This document shows, piece after piece, positions 19,884 to 32,579 of a stretch of 64,000 bases of DNA; within the stretch, counting starts at the first letter, position 1, and the number at the start of each line of letters is the position of its first letter. Under the pieces are notes generated by a model. That model made no database searches. It was given only the letters and a program-made list of their open reading frames with translations, and was not told the origin of the DNA. The DNA comes from Candidatus Daviesbacteria bacterium (GTDB taxonomy: Bacteria; Patescibacteriota; Microgenomatia; Daviesbacterales; UBA10151), in the NCBI GenBank assembly GCA_016195715.1, contig JACPZA010000031.1:60336-124335 (forward strand), given 5' to 3'. Both the position numbers and the translations under genes were made by a program.

Positions 19884-21020
19884 TTATTCAACTATAATTC
19901 TTTTTGTTGATGGTATCAGATGAACTAATAACTCATAAGAGATTGTACCGCAAATTTTAGCAGCATTTTCAATTGAATTTAAATCACTTGGGTTATCAGA
20001 ATAAATTATTACTTCATCACCGACTTTTGGGTTTTTGACTTTAGTTAAATCAATGGTTGTGACATTCATACTGACCCGACCAATAATTTGAGAAAATTTT
20101 TCTTTGACTTTAACAAATCCAATATTTGATAATCTTCTGTCAACTCCATCATGATAACCTATTGGTAAAACTCCAGCGATAGTTTTTTTAGAAACTTCAA
20201 AGCTGCCATCATAACCTACTCTATCTCCTTTGTTCAAAATTTTTATTTGAGCAAGTTTAGTAGTTAATTTTAAAATTGGTTGTAATTTAGAGTTTGGGTG
20301 CGGAGTATATCCATATAAAGCTTTTCCACCTCGAGCTAAATTAGTATGAAGGCTAACTAAATTAAAAATATTTTTATCAGTTAATGCTCCAGTGGCTGCT
20401 AAATGAAACCATTTGGGTTGTATATTAAAATCTTTTAAAATTTCTTTAGCTTTTTTAAAATTTTCAAGTTGTTCTAGAAATAATTTATCCTTAACACTTT
20501 CAGTTGATGCCAAATGTGACATTAAACCTTCAATTCTTAAGTTAGGATATTTTTTCAATTGTTTTAAAAATTCAGGTAGTTCCTCTAAATTTATTCCTTC
20601 TCTATGCATCCCAGTGTCTACAAAAATATGAATCTTACTCCCCTTTTGAAATTCATTTAAAATCTTTAGTGTCTCCAAATTAAAAACAGCGAACTGAAAT
20701 GGCATTTTTTTTATTTTTAGAGATTCTGGATCAATATGACCCATGATTAAAATTTCTCTATTAATCCCAGCTTTTTTTAATAGATAGGCTTCATACAAAC
20801 TGTCCACACAAAAAAATGGTGGGTTTAATTCATCTAAAATTTTGGCAACTAAATTTAATCCATGTCCGTAGGCGTTACTTTTTAAAACTGGGGCAACTGC
20901 AAAGTTGGGTTTTAAAGTTGATAAATATTTATAATTACTAATTAATTTGGATCTAGAAATTTCAATTTTATTTAAAGGGTAGGATTTTTTATAAAATATT
21001 TTTTTTAGTTGATCAATCAT
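19884..21020 (-). CDS. alr: Alanine racemase
   Basis: The PLP-lysine motif AVAPVLKSNAYGHGL is present. Length is 378 aa and the gene sits in the murC-alr-murD-ddl context. Confidence 0.8.
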   Translation of the reverse strand: MIDQLKKIFYKKSYPLNKIEISRSKLISNYKYLSTLKPNFAVAPVLKSNAYGHGLNLVAKILDELNPPFFCVDSLYEAYLLKKAGINREILIMGHIDPESLKIKKMPFQFAVFNLETLKILNEFQKGSKIHIFVDTGMHREGINLEELPEFLKQLKKYPNLRIEGLMSHLASTESVKDKLFLEQLENFKKAKEILKDFNIQPKWFHLAATGALTDKNIFNLVSLHTNLARGGKALYGYTPHPNSKLQPILKLTTKLAQIKILNKGDRVGYDGSFEVSKKTIAGVLPIGYHDGVDRRLSNIGFVKVKEKFSQIIGRVSMNVTTIDLTKVKNPKVGDEVIIYSDNPSDLNSIENAAKICGTISYELLVHLIPSTKRIIVE

Positions 21021-22311
21021 TTAAAAATTGCTTTGCTAAATTATGGGTATCCCCTGCCCCCAGAAAAAAGATAATATCATCTTTTTGCAAGTTTGACTTA
21101 ATTTCTGATAATAAATTACTGGCAGAGCTTGAATAAATAATATTTGGCTTATCAATTGCTTTCACCAAATCTTTTGCAGAGACTAAACCATTGTCAATTT
21201 CTCTGGATGGATAAATATCTAAAATAAAAATTTTATCAACTAAAGCCTGTTTTAAAACTGAAACAAAATCATTAAAAAGGACTTTGGTTCTAGAAAACAT
21301 ATGAGGTTGAAAAACTACATAAATTTTATTTTTGGGAAATTTTTCTCTGGCAGCTTTTAAGGTAACTTTAATTTCGGTGGGATGATGTCCAAAATCAGAA
21401 TAAATATGAGCTTTTTTGTAATCTCCTAAATACTCAAACCTTCTGCCAATCCCAACAAAATTCATTAAACTAGTTTTAATTGCTGATGCATCTAAACCAA
21501 TTGCTAACCCCACCTGAAAAGCAGCCAGTGCATTTTGAAAGTTGTGATTGCCAACCAGTTTTAATGGCAGATCAATCTCTAAACTCTTTGAATAATCAAT
21601 AATTTCTGGGAAATGAAAATCTTTTGAAGCTTTATCTGAAACTAAAGTTTCTCTAACTCCAGCATCAGAAAGATTTGCAAAAATAGTTTGGCTAGTTTGA
21701 GATAAAAATTTTCTAAACGAATGTTTGTAATCTTCAAAGTTTTTAAAGTATTCAGGATGATCAAATTCAATTGAGGTAATAATAGAAATTTCTGGATGAA
21801 AATTTAAAAAGTTATCATTAAATTCATCTGCTTCTATAATGAAATATTTTGACTCCCCCACTCTAAAATTTGCATTCCATCTAGGAACTATTGCACCTAA
21901 AACTACTGATGGATCCAGCCCTGAATCTTCTAAAATTTCTGCAATCATACCAGTAGTTGTGGATTTACCATGAGTTCCACAAACTGCAATTATAAATTTA
22001 TCTTTCATTAAATATTTTGCTAAAAACTCATGCCAAGTTAAAATTGGGATACTCAGTTTTTTTGCCTCAATTAACTCTTCATTTTCTGGATCAAGGGATA
22101 AAATAGCTGGAGTAATAATTAACAAATCTAGGTTTACACCTCCGAGGTGTAAACCTAGATGGCCTGTATATAAAGTAGCTCTATCAAAATTCTCAGTGAA
22201 TTCAGTAAAAGGATTGCTATCACATCCACTAACCTCAAACCCCTTTGCTTTTGCCAGCGCAGCTGCTGCTGAAATCCCTGACCCGCCAATTCCTAAGAAA
22301 TGTATTTTCAT
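21013..22311 (-). CDS. murC: UDP-N-acetylmuramate--L-alanine ligase
   Basis: Motifs MKIHFLGIGGSGISAAA and the P-loop AVCGTHGKSTTTGMIAEIL are present. Confidence 0.85.
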   Translation of the reverse strand: MKIHFLGIGGSGISAAAALAKAKGFEVSGCDSNPFTEFTENFDRATLYTGHLGLHLGGVNLDLLIITPAILSLDPENEELIEAKKLSIPILTWHEFLAKYLMKDKFIIAVCGTHGKSTTTGMIAEILEDSGLDPSVVLGAIVPRWNANFRVGESKYFIIEADEFNDNFLNFHPEISIITSIEFDHPEYFKNFEDYKHSFRKFLSQTSQTIFANLSDAGVRETLVSDKASKDFHFPEIIDYSKSLEIDLPLKLVGNHNFQNALAAFQVGLAIGLDASAIKTSLMNFVGIGRRFEYLGDYKKAHIYSDFGHHPTEIKVTLKAAREKFPKNKIYVVFQPHMFSRTKVLFNDFVSVLKQALVDKIFILDIYPSREIDNGLVSAKDLVKAIDKPNIIYSSSASNLLSEIKSNLQKDDIIFFLGAGDTHNLAKQFLND

Positions 22312-22366
22312 AAGTGCTAACTATAATTCTAAAATAATTAATTTGAAAAACAACAAACAGTTAAGA

Positions 22367-22942
22367 TTATTGTGTTCTCGCCACTTTGTTGACTGGTAAG
22401 AAAAAAGGTTGTTCTACTAAAGCTAACCTACTTCCTTGTAAGTTAATAGGATTTCCTTTTTTATCAGTCAACTCAACCCACGCGCCTCCACTTATAGTCT
22501 CATCTCCTAATTTTAAAAATCTCAAATTTGGTTGAGTAATAGTTCCATTATCTTTGTGAACCTCAACCCAACGTCCAAAAACTTCTGCTCCGTAAAATGT
22601 TTCTGGGGAAATAGTAAGAGTAGGTCTTCGTTCAAATCTTAGATCAAACCACCAAGGATTTCTCTCAATGCTTTGATATCTTCTAACAATTGGTTTTTGG
22701 GATTCATATACAATATTTACACCACTATCTTGAATAAAAGTTCCTAAATGTGATTGATACTCTTGTTGATAATGAGTTTCTTGCGGACTGGGACTATTTC
22801 TAGAGCAAAGTATTGCTCCCATACCTGCTAAATAAAGAGCAAAAGCTCCGGTTTTGACAATTGTGCTTCTATAAGTTCTAACCTTTTCTCCTACTGCTTC
22901 AAACATAAAAGACATTATATACTTATTGAGAACAATTATCAA
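22367..22942 (-). CDS. Hypothetical membrane-anchored protein
   Basis: A 191-aa ORF with an N-terminal TM helix and no recognisable motifs, located between murC and gyrB. Confidence 0.3.
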   Translation of the reverse strand: MIIVLNKYIMSFMFEAVGEKVRTYRSTIVKTGAFALYLAGMGAILCSRNSPSPQETHYQQEYQSHLGTFIQDSGVNIVYESQKPIVRRYQSIERNPWWFDLRFERRPTLTISPETFYGAEVFGRWVEVHKDNGTITQPNLRFLKLGDETISGGAWVELTDKKGNPINLQGSRLALVEQPFFLPVNKVARTQ

Positions 22943-22951
22943 ACTATGGGA

Positions 22952-24991
<2,040 letters not shown>

Positions 24992-25075
24992 TTATAAGAA
25001 GTATTGGTAGTTTAACAGCTCAATCGAATTTGTGCAAGTTGGTTGTATTAGATTAGGTTGTTACAAAGGTCTAAA

Positions 25076-25708
25076 CTAAGCACTTTTTGGTAAGTTTAGC
25101 ATTAAGTATTCTAGAATAGTTCTAATATTAACATTAGCTTTACTCCACTGTTCTGCTTGCAGCAGCTGCTTAACCAAATTTACTAAATTTGGACTGCTGT
25201 GAAGCTTATTTCTATAAAAAACTACTAAGCCTGCTAAAAATTCCTGTTTTTGTTCTAGTTTTTCAATAAACTTAAATCTATCTTCGATATTCATCTCTAA
25301 AAGTTGCTCAATTTCGCTGGAGAAATCTTGGGTTTGTTCTGGCTGATTATTTAAAATCTCTATCTGACACCTAGAGATGATTGTTGGAAGGAGCGAGTCT
25401 AGATTATCAACTCCTAAATAAAATAAAGCTTGCTCTGGGAGTTCCTCTAAAGTTTTTAAAAGTGAGTTTTGAGCTGGAAGAGTAAAATTATGAGCACTAA
25501 CTAGGGCGACAGCTCTAGCTTTGGCTGAGTATGGCTTTAAACTAAAGTGCAGTTTAATTTTTTTAGTCTCTTCTACTCCTAATTTTTCAGCATCTTCAAA
25601 ATATAATAAATCTGGATGATTTAATGAAAAGTCTTGAGTTGTTAAAAGCTTTAGGACTGCTTGTTCTCTTATTTTGCTATTTTTGTGGACTAGTATTTGA
25701 GCAAGCAT
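25076..25708 (-). CDS. DNA polymerase III delta-prime-like subunit (short form lacking Walker A)
   Basis: Motifs NSLLKTLEELPEQALFYLGVDNLDSLLPTIISRCQ match the sensor/SRC region of HolB-DnaX clamp-loader subunits. No P-loop is present. Confidence 0.5.
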   Translation of the reverse strand: MLAQILVHKNSKIREQAVLKLLTTQDFSLNHPDLLYFEDAEKLGVEETKKIKLHFSLKPYSAKARAVALVSAHNFTLPAQNSLLKTLEELPEQALFYLGVDNLDSLLPTIISRCQIEILNNQPEQTQDFSSEIEQLLEMNIEDRFKFIEKLEQKQEFLAGLVVFYRNKLHSSPNLVNLVKQLLQAEQWSKANVNIRTILEYLMLNLPKSA

Positions 25709-25730
25709 AGAGAAGACATTATATTACAAA

Positions 25731-25760
25731 TTGACAGCAGCTAAATATTTGGCTGATAAT
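25731..25760 (+). promoter_or_regulatory. Candidate sigma70-type promoter for the pil operon
   Basis: TTGACA at 25731-25736, a 17-18 nt spacer, then TGATAAT at 25754-25760. The motifs lie ~40 nt upstream of the pilB start. Confidence 0.35.
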
Positions 25761-25795
25761 GAAATAAGTTCCAAAACTCTTGGGACGATTTCTAT

Positions 25796-27499
25796 ATGGC
25801 GCTAGCTGCTCAAACGATTGAAGAAATTTTGCTTAAACAAGGTTATTTACGTCCTGATCAAGTCTCAGCTATTAAGCTTGAAAGTATTAATTCTGGTCAA
25901 CCTTCGGAAAAAATTATCAGAGAACACAACTTTGCCACGGCAGAACAAGTGGCTCAAGCCCTCTCAATATTACTTGGGGTGCCATTTATCAAGTTAGAAA
26001 ATAAAGCCATTTCCACAGAAGTTTTAAATTTAATTCCTGAAGCTGTGGCAAAGCATTACCAACTAATCCCCTTTGATCGTCAGCTGGATAGGTTATCAGT
26101 AGCTATGGTTGATCCACTGGATTTACAAGTCATTCAATTTATTGAGAAAAAATCCGGACTTAAAGTTATTCCTTTTTTAGGCTATACCGAAGATATTTTA
26201 AAAGCTATCTCCAGCCAGTATTCTCAAAACCTAACCTCTGAAGTCACCTCAGCTCTAAAAGAAGTTTCTGAACTGCAGCGAGCAAATGCCCCTCAAGAGT
26301 CGATTGATCAAGCAGAAGTAATCCGCGAAGCACCAGTTTCCAATATTGTTACCCAACTTTTGGAGTATGCAGTTAAGACCCGAGCTTCAGATATTCATAT
26401 TGAACCTCAAGAAAATCAAACTAGAGTTAGATATAGAATTGATGGAATTTTGCACGAAAAAGTTATTTTACCTAAAAAAGTTCACGAAGCAGTTGTTTCT
26501 CGAGTTAAAATTTTATCAAATTTAAAAATTGATGAACGAAGGTTACCGCAAGATGGTAGGTTTACTTTTGAGTTTGCTGGAGCAGAGATTGATTTGCGTA
26601 TCTCCACTCTGCCGACAGTTTTTGGAGAAAAAGTAGTATTAAGATTGCTGCCAAAATCTGCTCAAGCACCCTCACTGACTGATTTAGGACTGCGTGGCAG
26701 TTCTCTAAAAACCCTAGAAACTCAACTCCTTCGTACCCATGGAATTATTTTAATCTGTGGCCCAACAGGTTCAGGTAAAACCACCACTTTATATTCAGTT
26801 TTATCGAAACTTTCAACAACAAAAGTAAATATTTTAACAATTGAAGATCCGGTTGAGTATGAAATTCCTGGAGCAAATCAAGTTCAAGTTAATCCCCAAA
26901 TTGGCTTAACCTTTGCCTCAGCTCTGCGGTCTTTTTTGCGCCAAGACCCAAATATTATCCTGGTTGGAGAGATTCGAGATACTGAAACTGCAGAGTTGGC
27001 TATTCAAGCTGCACTAACTGGTCACCAAGTTTTTTCTACACTACATACTAATACTGCATCAGGCGCTCTGCCTAGAATGCTAGACATGGGAACTGAGCCA
27101 TTTTTACTAGCTTCAGCTGTGAACGGAATAGCTGGGCAGAGAATTTTGCGAAAAATTTGTGAGCATTGTCGGGTTTCATTTACTCCTCCACCTGAGGTGA
27201 TTGAAAATATTAAAGTTACCTTAGGAAATCTAATCTCAACTAACAAACCAATCCAGCTTTACAAAGGTCAGGGTTGTAATTTTTGTAATCACTCTGGTTA
27301 TTTAGGACGGACAGGAATTTATGAAGTTTTATCAGTTTCAGAAAAAATTATGAAATTAATTTTAGAGCGAGCTTCATCCGTTGCTATTGAAGAACAAGCC
27401 GTATCTGAAGGGATGATTACTTTAAAACAAGATGGCTATTTAAAAGTTTTAGAAGGGGTGACCACTTTTGAGGAAGTTTTGCGTGTAGCCCAAGATTAA
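25796..27499 (+). CDS. pilB: Type IV pilus assembly ATPase PilB (GspE family)
   Basis: There is an N-terminal GSPII_E N-domain. Walker A LICGPTGSGKTTTLYS, the Asp/His boxes and a tetracysteine motif (CEHC..CNFC) are present. Confidence 0.9.
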   Translation: MALAAQTIEEILLKQGYLRPDQVSAIKLESINSGQPSEKIIREHNFATAEQVAQALSILLGVPFIKLENKAISTEVLNLIPEAVAKHYQLIPFDRQLDRLSVAMVDPLDLQVIQFIEKKSGLKVIPFLGYTEDILKAISSQYSQNLTSEVTSALKEVSELQRANAPQESIDQAEVIREAPVSNIVTQLLEYAVKTRASDIHIEPQENQTRVRYRIDGILHEKVILPKKVHEAVVSRVKILSNLKIDERRLPQDGRFTFEFAGAEIDLRISTLPTVFGEKVVLRLLPKSAQAPSLTDLGLRGSSLKTLETQLLRTHGIILICGPTGSGKTTTLYSVLSKLSTTKVNILTIEDPVEYEIPGANQVQVNPQIGLTFASALRSFLRQDPNIILVGEIRDTETAELAIQAALTGHQVFSTLHTNTASGALPRMLDMGTEPFLLASAVNGIAGQRILRKICEHCRVSFTPPPEVIENIKVTLGNLISTNKPIQLYKGQGCNFCNHSGYLGRTGIYEVLSVSEKIMKLILERASSVAIEEQAVSEGMITLKQDGYLKVLEGVTTFEEVLRVAQD

Positions 27500-27502
27500 T
27501 TT

Positions 27503-28576
27503 ATGAATATTCAACAACTACTTGACTTAACAATTGGCTCAAATGCTTCTGATTTACACCTTTTGGTGGGCTCTCCACCAACTTTAAGAATTGATGGAAA
27601 TTTAGCACCAATTAACGGTATGAATGTAATTTCTCAATCTGATTTTGAGAGTTTGGTTTTTGCGCTAATTTCTCCTTACCAAAAAGATCTTTTTTTGAGA
27701 GAATGGGAACTTGATTTAGGTTTTGATTTTGCTGGTAAAGCCAGGTTTAGGGTCAATATTTATAAACAAAGAGGAGCACTAGCCGCATCGCTTCGACTTA
27801 TACCCAAAACTATTCGATCTATTGAAGAGACCGGTTTACCGCCAATAGTTTCTAAATTAACCGAGCTTGAACAAGGTTTAGTTTTGGTGACTGGCCCAAC
27901 AGGTCATGGCAAATCCACAACTTTAGCTGCCTTAATTAATCAAATTAACAAAACCCGCTCAGTCCATATCTTAACTATTGAAGATCCAATTGAGTTTGTT
28001 TATCCAGAAGGTAAAGCTCTGATCTCTCAACGAGAACTAAACTCTGATACTAAAGCTTGGAATAACGCCCTAAAGTCTGCTTTAAGAGAAGATCCAGATG
28101 TAGTGTTAATTGGTGAGATGAGAGACTATGAAACAATTGCTTCAGCCATGACTATTGCTGAAACTGGACATTTAGTATTGGCAACGCTGCACACTAACTC
28201 TGCCTCTCAAAGTATTGATCGTATTATTGACGTTTTTCCTGAAAATCAACAACCTCAAATTCGCTCTCAGCTGGCTGAGGTGATTGAAGCAATTATCTCC
28301 CAGCGTTTAATCCCCACGATTAATCCTGGACGAGTTTTAGCAGCTGAGTTACTTTTTGCAGTCCCAGCTCTGCGAGCTATTATTCGGGAGGGAAAAAATC
28401 ACCTAATTGATAATTTAATTCAAACCTCAGCTGAAGCTGGAATGATTGGTTTGGAAACGTCTCTCGCGACATTAGTTCGGGAGGGATTAATTACTTCGGA
28501 GGTAGCTTTAAATTATGCTCTTAAACCGCAATTACTTAACAAATTTTTAGGTACTGATACTACTTCTTCAGCTTAA
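27503..28576 (+). CDS. pilT: Twitching motility ATPase PilT
   Basis: Walker A VLVTGPTGHGKSTTLAALI is present. Length is 357 aa, with the AIRNLIRE-like motif AIIREGK. Confidence 0.9.
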   Translation: MNIQQLLDLTIGSNASDLHLLVGSPPTLRIDGNLAPINGMNVISQSDFESLVFALISPYQKDLFLREWELDLGFDFAGKARFRVNIYKQRGALAASLRLIPKTIRSIEETGLPPIVSKLTELEQGLVLVTGPTGHGKSTTLAALINQINKTRSVHILTIEDPIEFVYPEGKALISQRELNSDTKAWNNALKSALREDPDVVLIGEMRDYETIASAMTIAETGHLVLATLHTNSASQSIDRIIDVFPENQQPQIRSQLAEVIEAIISQRLIPTINPGRVLAAELLFAVPALRAIIREGKNHLIDNLIQTSAEAGMIGLETSLATLVREGLITSEVALNYALKPQLLNKFLGTDTTSSA

Positions 28577-28579
28577 AAT

Positions 28580-29788
28580 ATGCCAGTTTACAATTATATT
28601 GCTAAAGATCTCAGCGGAGTTGAGCATAAAGGTACGATTGAAACCGCAGACGAACACAGCGTCAGTCGAATTTTAAGTAAAAAATCCCTGATTGTTATCT
28701 CAATCAAAGAAAAAAAAGGTAACGCTGCCAATATTTTAAATAAATTTTTAAACAAAATCTCCTTTACCCAAATTGTGATTATTACCAGGCAACTTGCCAC
28801 TATGATTGAAGCAGGTTTAGTTTTGTCTGAGGCACTAGATATCTTAGAAAGCCAGCAATCTAATAAAAAACTCAAAGACATTTTAGGAGAAGTTTCCAGA
28901 GATGTTAAATCTGGTTTAGATTTAGCTTCGGCTTTAAGGAAACATCCAGATGCTTTTCCAGCACTTTACTGTAATTTAATCAAAGCTGGTGAGTCATCAG
29001 GTAAATTAGATGATGTTTTGTTACAAATGGCGACCAGTTTAGAAAAAGATCGAGAGTTTAGAAGTCGTATCCGAGGTGCGATGATTTATCCAATTGTTAT
29101 CTCGATAATGATGGTTTTAGTTGGAGGAGTAATGATCTTTTTTGTCATCCCAAAACTAACTTCGCTTTATACTCAATCTAATATTGAACTTCCCCTGCCT
29201 ACTAAAATTTTGATTGGTACTTCTAACTTTTTTCTAGGATATTGGTGGATGATTTTAATTTTTATAGTTGTTGGAGGAATTGCTTTTAGAAGATGGACCA
29301 GCACTCCTTCAGGCAAATATATTTTTGATAGGCTTTTACTTAGAATTCCAGTAGTAAGTAAAATTATCGAAGGAACATCTTTAACTAATTTTACTCGGAC
29401 TTTTGGATTACTAATTGCTTCGGGTATACCAATTTTAGATTCGTTGGTGATTGTTAAAGATGTGATGGGAAATGCGGTTTACAAAAAAGCTATCGAAACT
29501 AGTGCTCAAGGGGTAGAGCGAGGTTTACTTTTCTCAACTCAACTTGAGCAGATAGGAATTTTTCCCAGGATTGTTCCGCAGATGTTTCGGGTTGGTGAAG
29601 AAACTGGCAAAGTTGATGATATCGCTTTTAAATTATCAGATTATTTTGAATCCGAGTCAGACCATTTGGTTAAAAATTTAACTGTTATTATTGAACCAGT
29701 AATTTTAGTAATTTTAGGTATCGGAGTAGGTTTTTTAGTTTTATCCATTATTCTGCCAATTTACAAACTAACCAATTCGTTCTCGTAA
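28580..29788 (+). CDS. pilC: Type IV pilus platform protein PilC (GspF family)
   Basis: Two GspF repeats, three TM segments and a length of 402 aa. Confidence 0.9.
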   Translation: MPVYNYIAKDLSGVEHKGTIETADEHSVSRILSKKSLIVISIKEKKGNAANILNKFLNKISFTQIVIITRQLATMIEAGLVLSEALDILESQQSNKKLKDILGEVSRDVKSGLDLASALRKHPDAFPALYCNLIKAGESSGKLDDVLLQMATSLEKDREFRSRIRGAMIYPIVISIMMVLVGGVMIFFVIPKLTSLYTQSNIELPLPTKILIGTSNFFLGYWWMILIFIVVGGIAFRRWTSTPSGKYIFDRLLLRIPVVSKIIEGTSLTNFTRTFGLLIASGIPILDSLVIVKDVMGNAVYKKAIETSAQGVERGLLFSTQLEQIGIFPRIVPQMFRVGEETGKVDDIAFKLSDYFESESDHLVKNLTVIIEPVILVILGIGVGFLVLSIILPIYKLTNSFS

Positions 29789-29879
29789 AGTATAAGTTTA
29801 ACCACTTGACTGAGTGTTAACCATTGTGTCTAAAATAAGGTTAGAGATAAAACTCTAAATTTTAAGGAGGTGAGATAGT

Positions 29880-30452
29880 TTGAGAAAATCTGCCCAAATC
29901 CGATTAAATCGGACCCAAGGGTTTACGTTAGTTGAACTCTTAGTAGTCATTGCAATTATTGCTATATTAGCAGCTGTGGTAGTCTTAATCATTAATCCAC
30001 TGGAATTAACTAGAAGAGGTCGGGATGCTGCTAGATTAACTGATTTATCTAATTTACAACAAGCCATTAATGTAGCTGTTCAAGAAGCCACTAACTCTGG
30101 CTCTCAGATTCTGTGTAATGGTGCTGCGTATCCTTGTTTTGGTAACTCTTCTACAGGTGGTAGAGGTGCGGATGGAACAGGTTGGGTGAAAGTTAATCTT
30201 GGCTCGCAACAAAGTGTATCAGTCCCAACTTTACCAGTTGATCCAGTTAACTCAACAGGCGCAGCAGGTTATCATTATGTTTACTGTGCTGATAAACCAT
30301 CAGGTTCACTTGATGGATGGGAGATAGATACTAAGCTTGAGTCTGCTCAGCAAAGTCCGAAGATGCTGCAGGATGGTGGAGATGATAGCAATCTTTACGA
30401 AACTGGTTCTAATTTATTGCTAGTTGGCGTTTCCACAGGATGTACGTATTAA
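29880..30452 (+). CDS. Type IV pilin (candidate major pilin), prepilin leader ...NRTQG|FTLVELLVV
   Basis: A TTG start with a strong SD (AAGGAGGTGA) 7 nt upstream. A class III signal with Gly-1, Phe+1 and Glu+5 is present. A C-terminal Cys pair is present. Confidence 0.8.
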   Translation: MRKSAQIRLNRTQGFTLVELLVVIAIIAILAAVVVLIINPLELTRRGRDAARLTDLSNLQQAINVAVQEATNSGSQILCNGAAYPCFGNSSTGGRGADGTGWVKVNLGSQQSVSVPTLPVDPVNSTGAAGYHYVYCADKPSGSLDGWEIDTKLESAQQSPKMLQDGGDDSNLYETGSNLLLVGVSTGCTY

Positions 30453-30458
30453 TTTGGG

Positions 30459-31367
30459 ATGGAAATATTTAGCCTAGGTTTTATATTTGGAGCGATACTG
30501 GGAAGTTTTACAAAAGCACTGGCTGATAGATCTTTGACTAAAGTATCGTTTTTTGGAAGGTCGTATTGTAATCATTGTCAAAAACAATTGGTTTGGTACG
30601 ACCTTTTTCCAATTATTTCTTACCTACTTATTAAAGGTAAGTGCCGCTACTGCAAAAAAGCTATTCCGCTTGAGTATTTATTAGTTGAAGTTTTAATGGG
30701 GGTTTTAATAGCTTGGCTTTTTTTACAAATTATCCCAACCACTTTTTTAACTTTATCCCCTATCAGCCAAAGTTTAAAAATTATTGAGGTTATCTTTAAA
30801 TCTTTTGTTTTGCTAGTTTTAGTTAGTGTTTTTTTAACAGATATCAAAAAAGGTCTAATTCCTGATCGGATTACCTACCCTGCTGTAATGATTACTTTTA
30901 TATATTTGGTGGCATTAACGATTTATAAATCAGTTATTTTATATTTTTATTTAAAAAACAATACTTTTGGAAAATTTCTTCTCCCCCCTCATTCGGACTA
31001 TTTTTTTAGGCATGTCCTCTACTCCGCTGATCCATTGATTTCCGGGGTATTGTCTGCGCTAGGGTTAGGGTTATTCTTTGGCTTAATAATTATTTTGACA
31101 AAAGGCAGAGGTATGGGTGGTGGAGATTTAAAATTAGCTATTTTTATGGGGCTGACACTAGGCTTTCCTAGTAGTCTAGTTGCTATAATTTTAGCTTTTT
31201 TATCTGGTTCAATAGTTGGTTTAGTTTTGCTGGTTATAAAGATAAAACGTTTTGGTCAAACCATTCCCTTTGGGCCTTTTCTAGCGCTGGGATCTATCAT
31301 GGCACTTTTTTGGGGGCAGCAAATTTATGATTGGTATTTGAATTTTTCAAAAGGGTCAATATTTTAA
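30459..31367 (+). CDS. pilD: Prepilin peptidase PilD (A24 family)
   Basis: The N-terminal zinc-binding CxxC..CxxC (CNHCQKQL..CRYCKKAI) is followed by a polytopic membrane domain with the conserved Asp-containing GGGDLKL motif. Confidence 0.85.
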   Translation: MEIFSLGFIFGAILGSFTKALADRSLTKVSFFGRSYCNHCQKQLVWYDLFPIISYLLIKGKCRYCKKAIPLEYLLVEVLMGVLIAWLFLQIIPTTFLTLSPISQSLKIIEVIFKSFVLLVLVSVFLTDIKKGLIPDRITYPAVMITFIYLVALTIYKSVILYFYLKNNTFGKFLLPPHSDYFFRHVLYSADPLISGVLSALGLGLFFGLIIILTKGRGMGGGDLKLAIFMGLTLGFPSSLVAIILAFLSGSIVGLVLLVIKIKRFGQTIPFGPFLALGSIMALFWGQQIYDWYLNFSKGSIF

Positions 31368-31461
31368 AATTTAGTAGCTAAATTGGGGTATTGACAGCTT
31401 AAAAAAAAGATGTAAGAGTAGATATATAAGAGAAAAATAAATTTAAGAAATTTTTCAGAAA

Positions 31462-31935
31462 ATGCTAACCCAACTGCCCAAACAATTTAAATCATCCAAA
31501 GGTTTCACATTAGTAGAGTTGTTAGTTGTAATTGCAATTATTGCTATATTAGCAACTGTTGGTTTGGTAATTTTCAGTGGTCAACAAAAAAATGCTCGAG
31601 ATTCAAAAAGAAAATCTGATATAGATGCTATCGCAACTGCTTTAGAAAATGGCAAAACTCCAGGCGGAACTAGTTATAATGGTCTAGCAATTAATCAGTT
31701 TGTTCAAAATGCAGTTCCACTTGACCCGGGAAGTAATGGAGCTGTAAATGCACAATATAGCTATACAGGATCTGCTGTGGCTGCTCCAAGCTGGGATAAT
31801 ACAACTCAAATAAATCCCACTGGTTGGAGTACAGTCGGTGTAGGTACAGGAGCAGGTGCAACAGCTTGGACTGTTTGTGCTCATTTAGAAACATCAACAA
31901 CTGCAGTATATTGTAAGTCAAATGCGCAAAGTTAA
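31462..31935 (+). CDS. Type IV pilin paralog 1
   Basis: The leader is ..SSKG|FTLVELLVVIAIIAIL. The motif GQQKNARDSKRKSDIDAI is shared with neighbouring paralogs. There is a C-terminal disulfide loop (C..C). Confidence 0.8.
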   Translation: MLTQLPKQFKSSKGFTLVELLVVIAIIAILATVGLVIFSGQQKNARDSKRKSDIDAIATALENGKTPGGTSYNGLAINQFVQNAVPLDPGSNGAVNAQYSYTGSAVAAPSWDNTTQINPTGWSTVGVGTGAGATAWTVCAHLETSTTAVYCKSNAQS

Positions 31936-31969
31936 AACTATGTATATAAAATCTATAAATAGTACAAAA

Positions 31970-32563
31970 ATGAATTTTAGCAGAGGCTTTACGTTAGTAG
32001 AATTAATGGTAGTCATTGCAATTATTGCCATCTTAGCTGCTATAGCAATTACAGTTTTTAGTGGTCAACAAAAAAATGCCAGAGATTCACAAAGAAGAGC
32101 TAATATAGATGCGATAGCTAATGCACTAGAGAGTAAAAAAGGGTCAAACGCAACATATCAGATCATATCTAGTAGTGATTTTACTTCACAAACTTTTCCA
32201 ACAGATCCAGGCTATGCAGGAGAACCCTCAAGGTATAGTATTTGTTACAATAAGACATCAGGTTCATCATTAGCACAAAATATTAGTCCAAATACAACTA
32301 CTGCAGCAAGCAGATTAGGTGGATGGCCAACAGGACATGCAGGTCCTACTGGTGCTACAGCTAATTCGACTTGTAAGGATGGAACAATAACTGATGGTCC
32401 CTTAGCTAACGCTAATGATTGGCCTCAAGTGGATACTGTCGTAACTACTGCGGCATTCTTTACTAGTGGTTTAGGTACATTTAACTGGGCAATTTGTGCT
32501 AAGCTAGAAGGAGCTGCTGGGACTCAAGCATCGCCATATTATTGTAGGACTAACAGCCAGTGA
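31970..32563 (+). CDS. Type IV pilin paralog 2 (start chosen at internal Met giving leader MNFSRG|FTLVEL)
   Basis: The track ORF starts at 31922 and overlaps the previous gene. The Met at 31970 gives a canonical short prepilin leader. The shared motif GQQKNARDSQRRANIDAI is present. Confidence 0.7.
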   Translation: MNFSRGFTLVELMVVIAIIAILAAIAITVFSGQQKNARDSQRRANIDAIANALESKKGSNATYQIISSSDFTSQTFPTDPGYAGEPSRYSICYNKTSGSSLAQNISPNTTTAASRLGGWPTGHAGPTGATANSTCKDGTITDGPLANANDWPQVDTVVTTAAFFTSGLGTFNWAICAKLEGAAGTQASPYYCRTNSQ

Positions 32564-32579
32564 AGAAAGGAAGTAAAAA

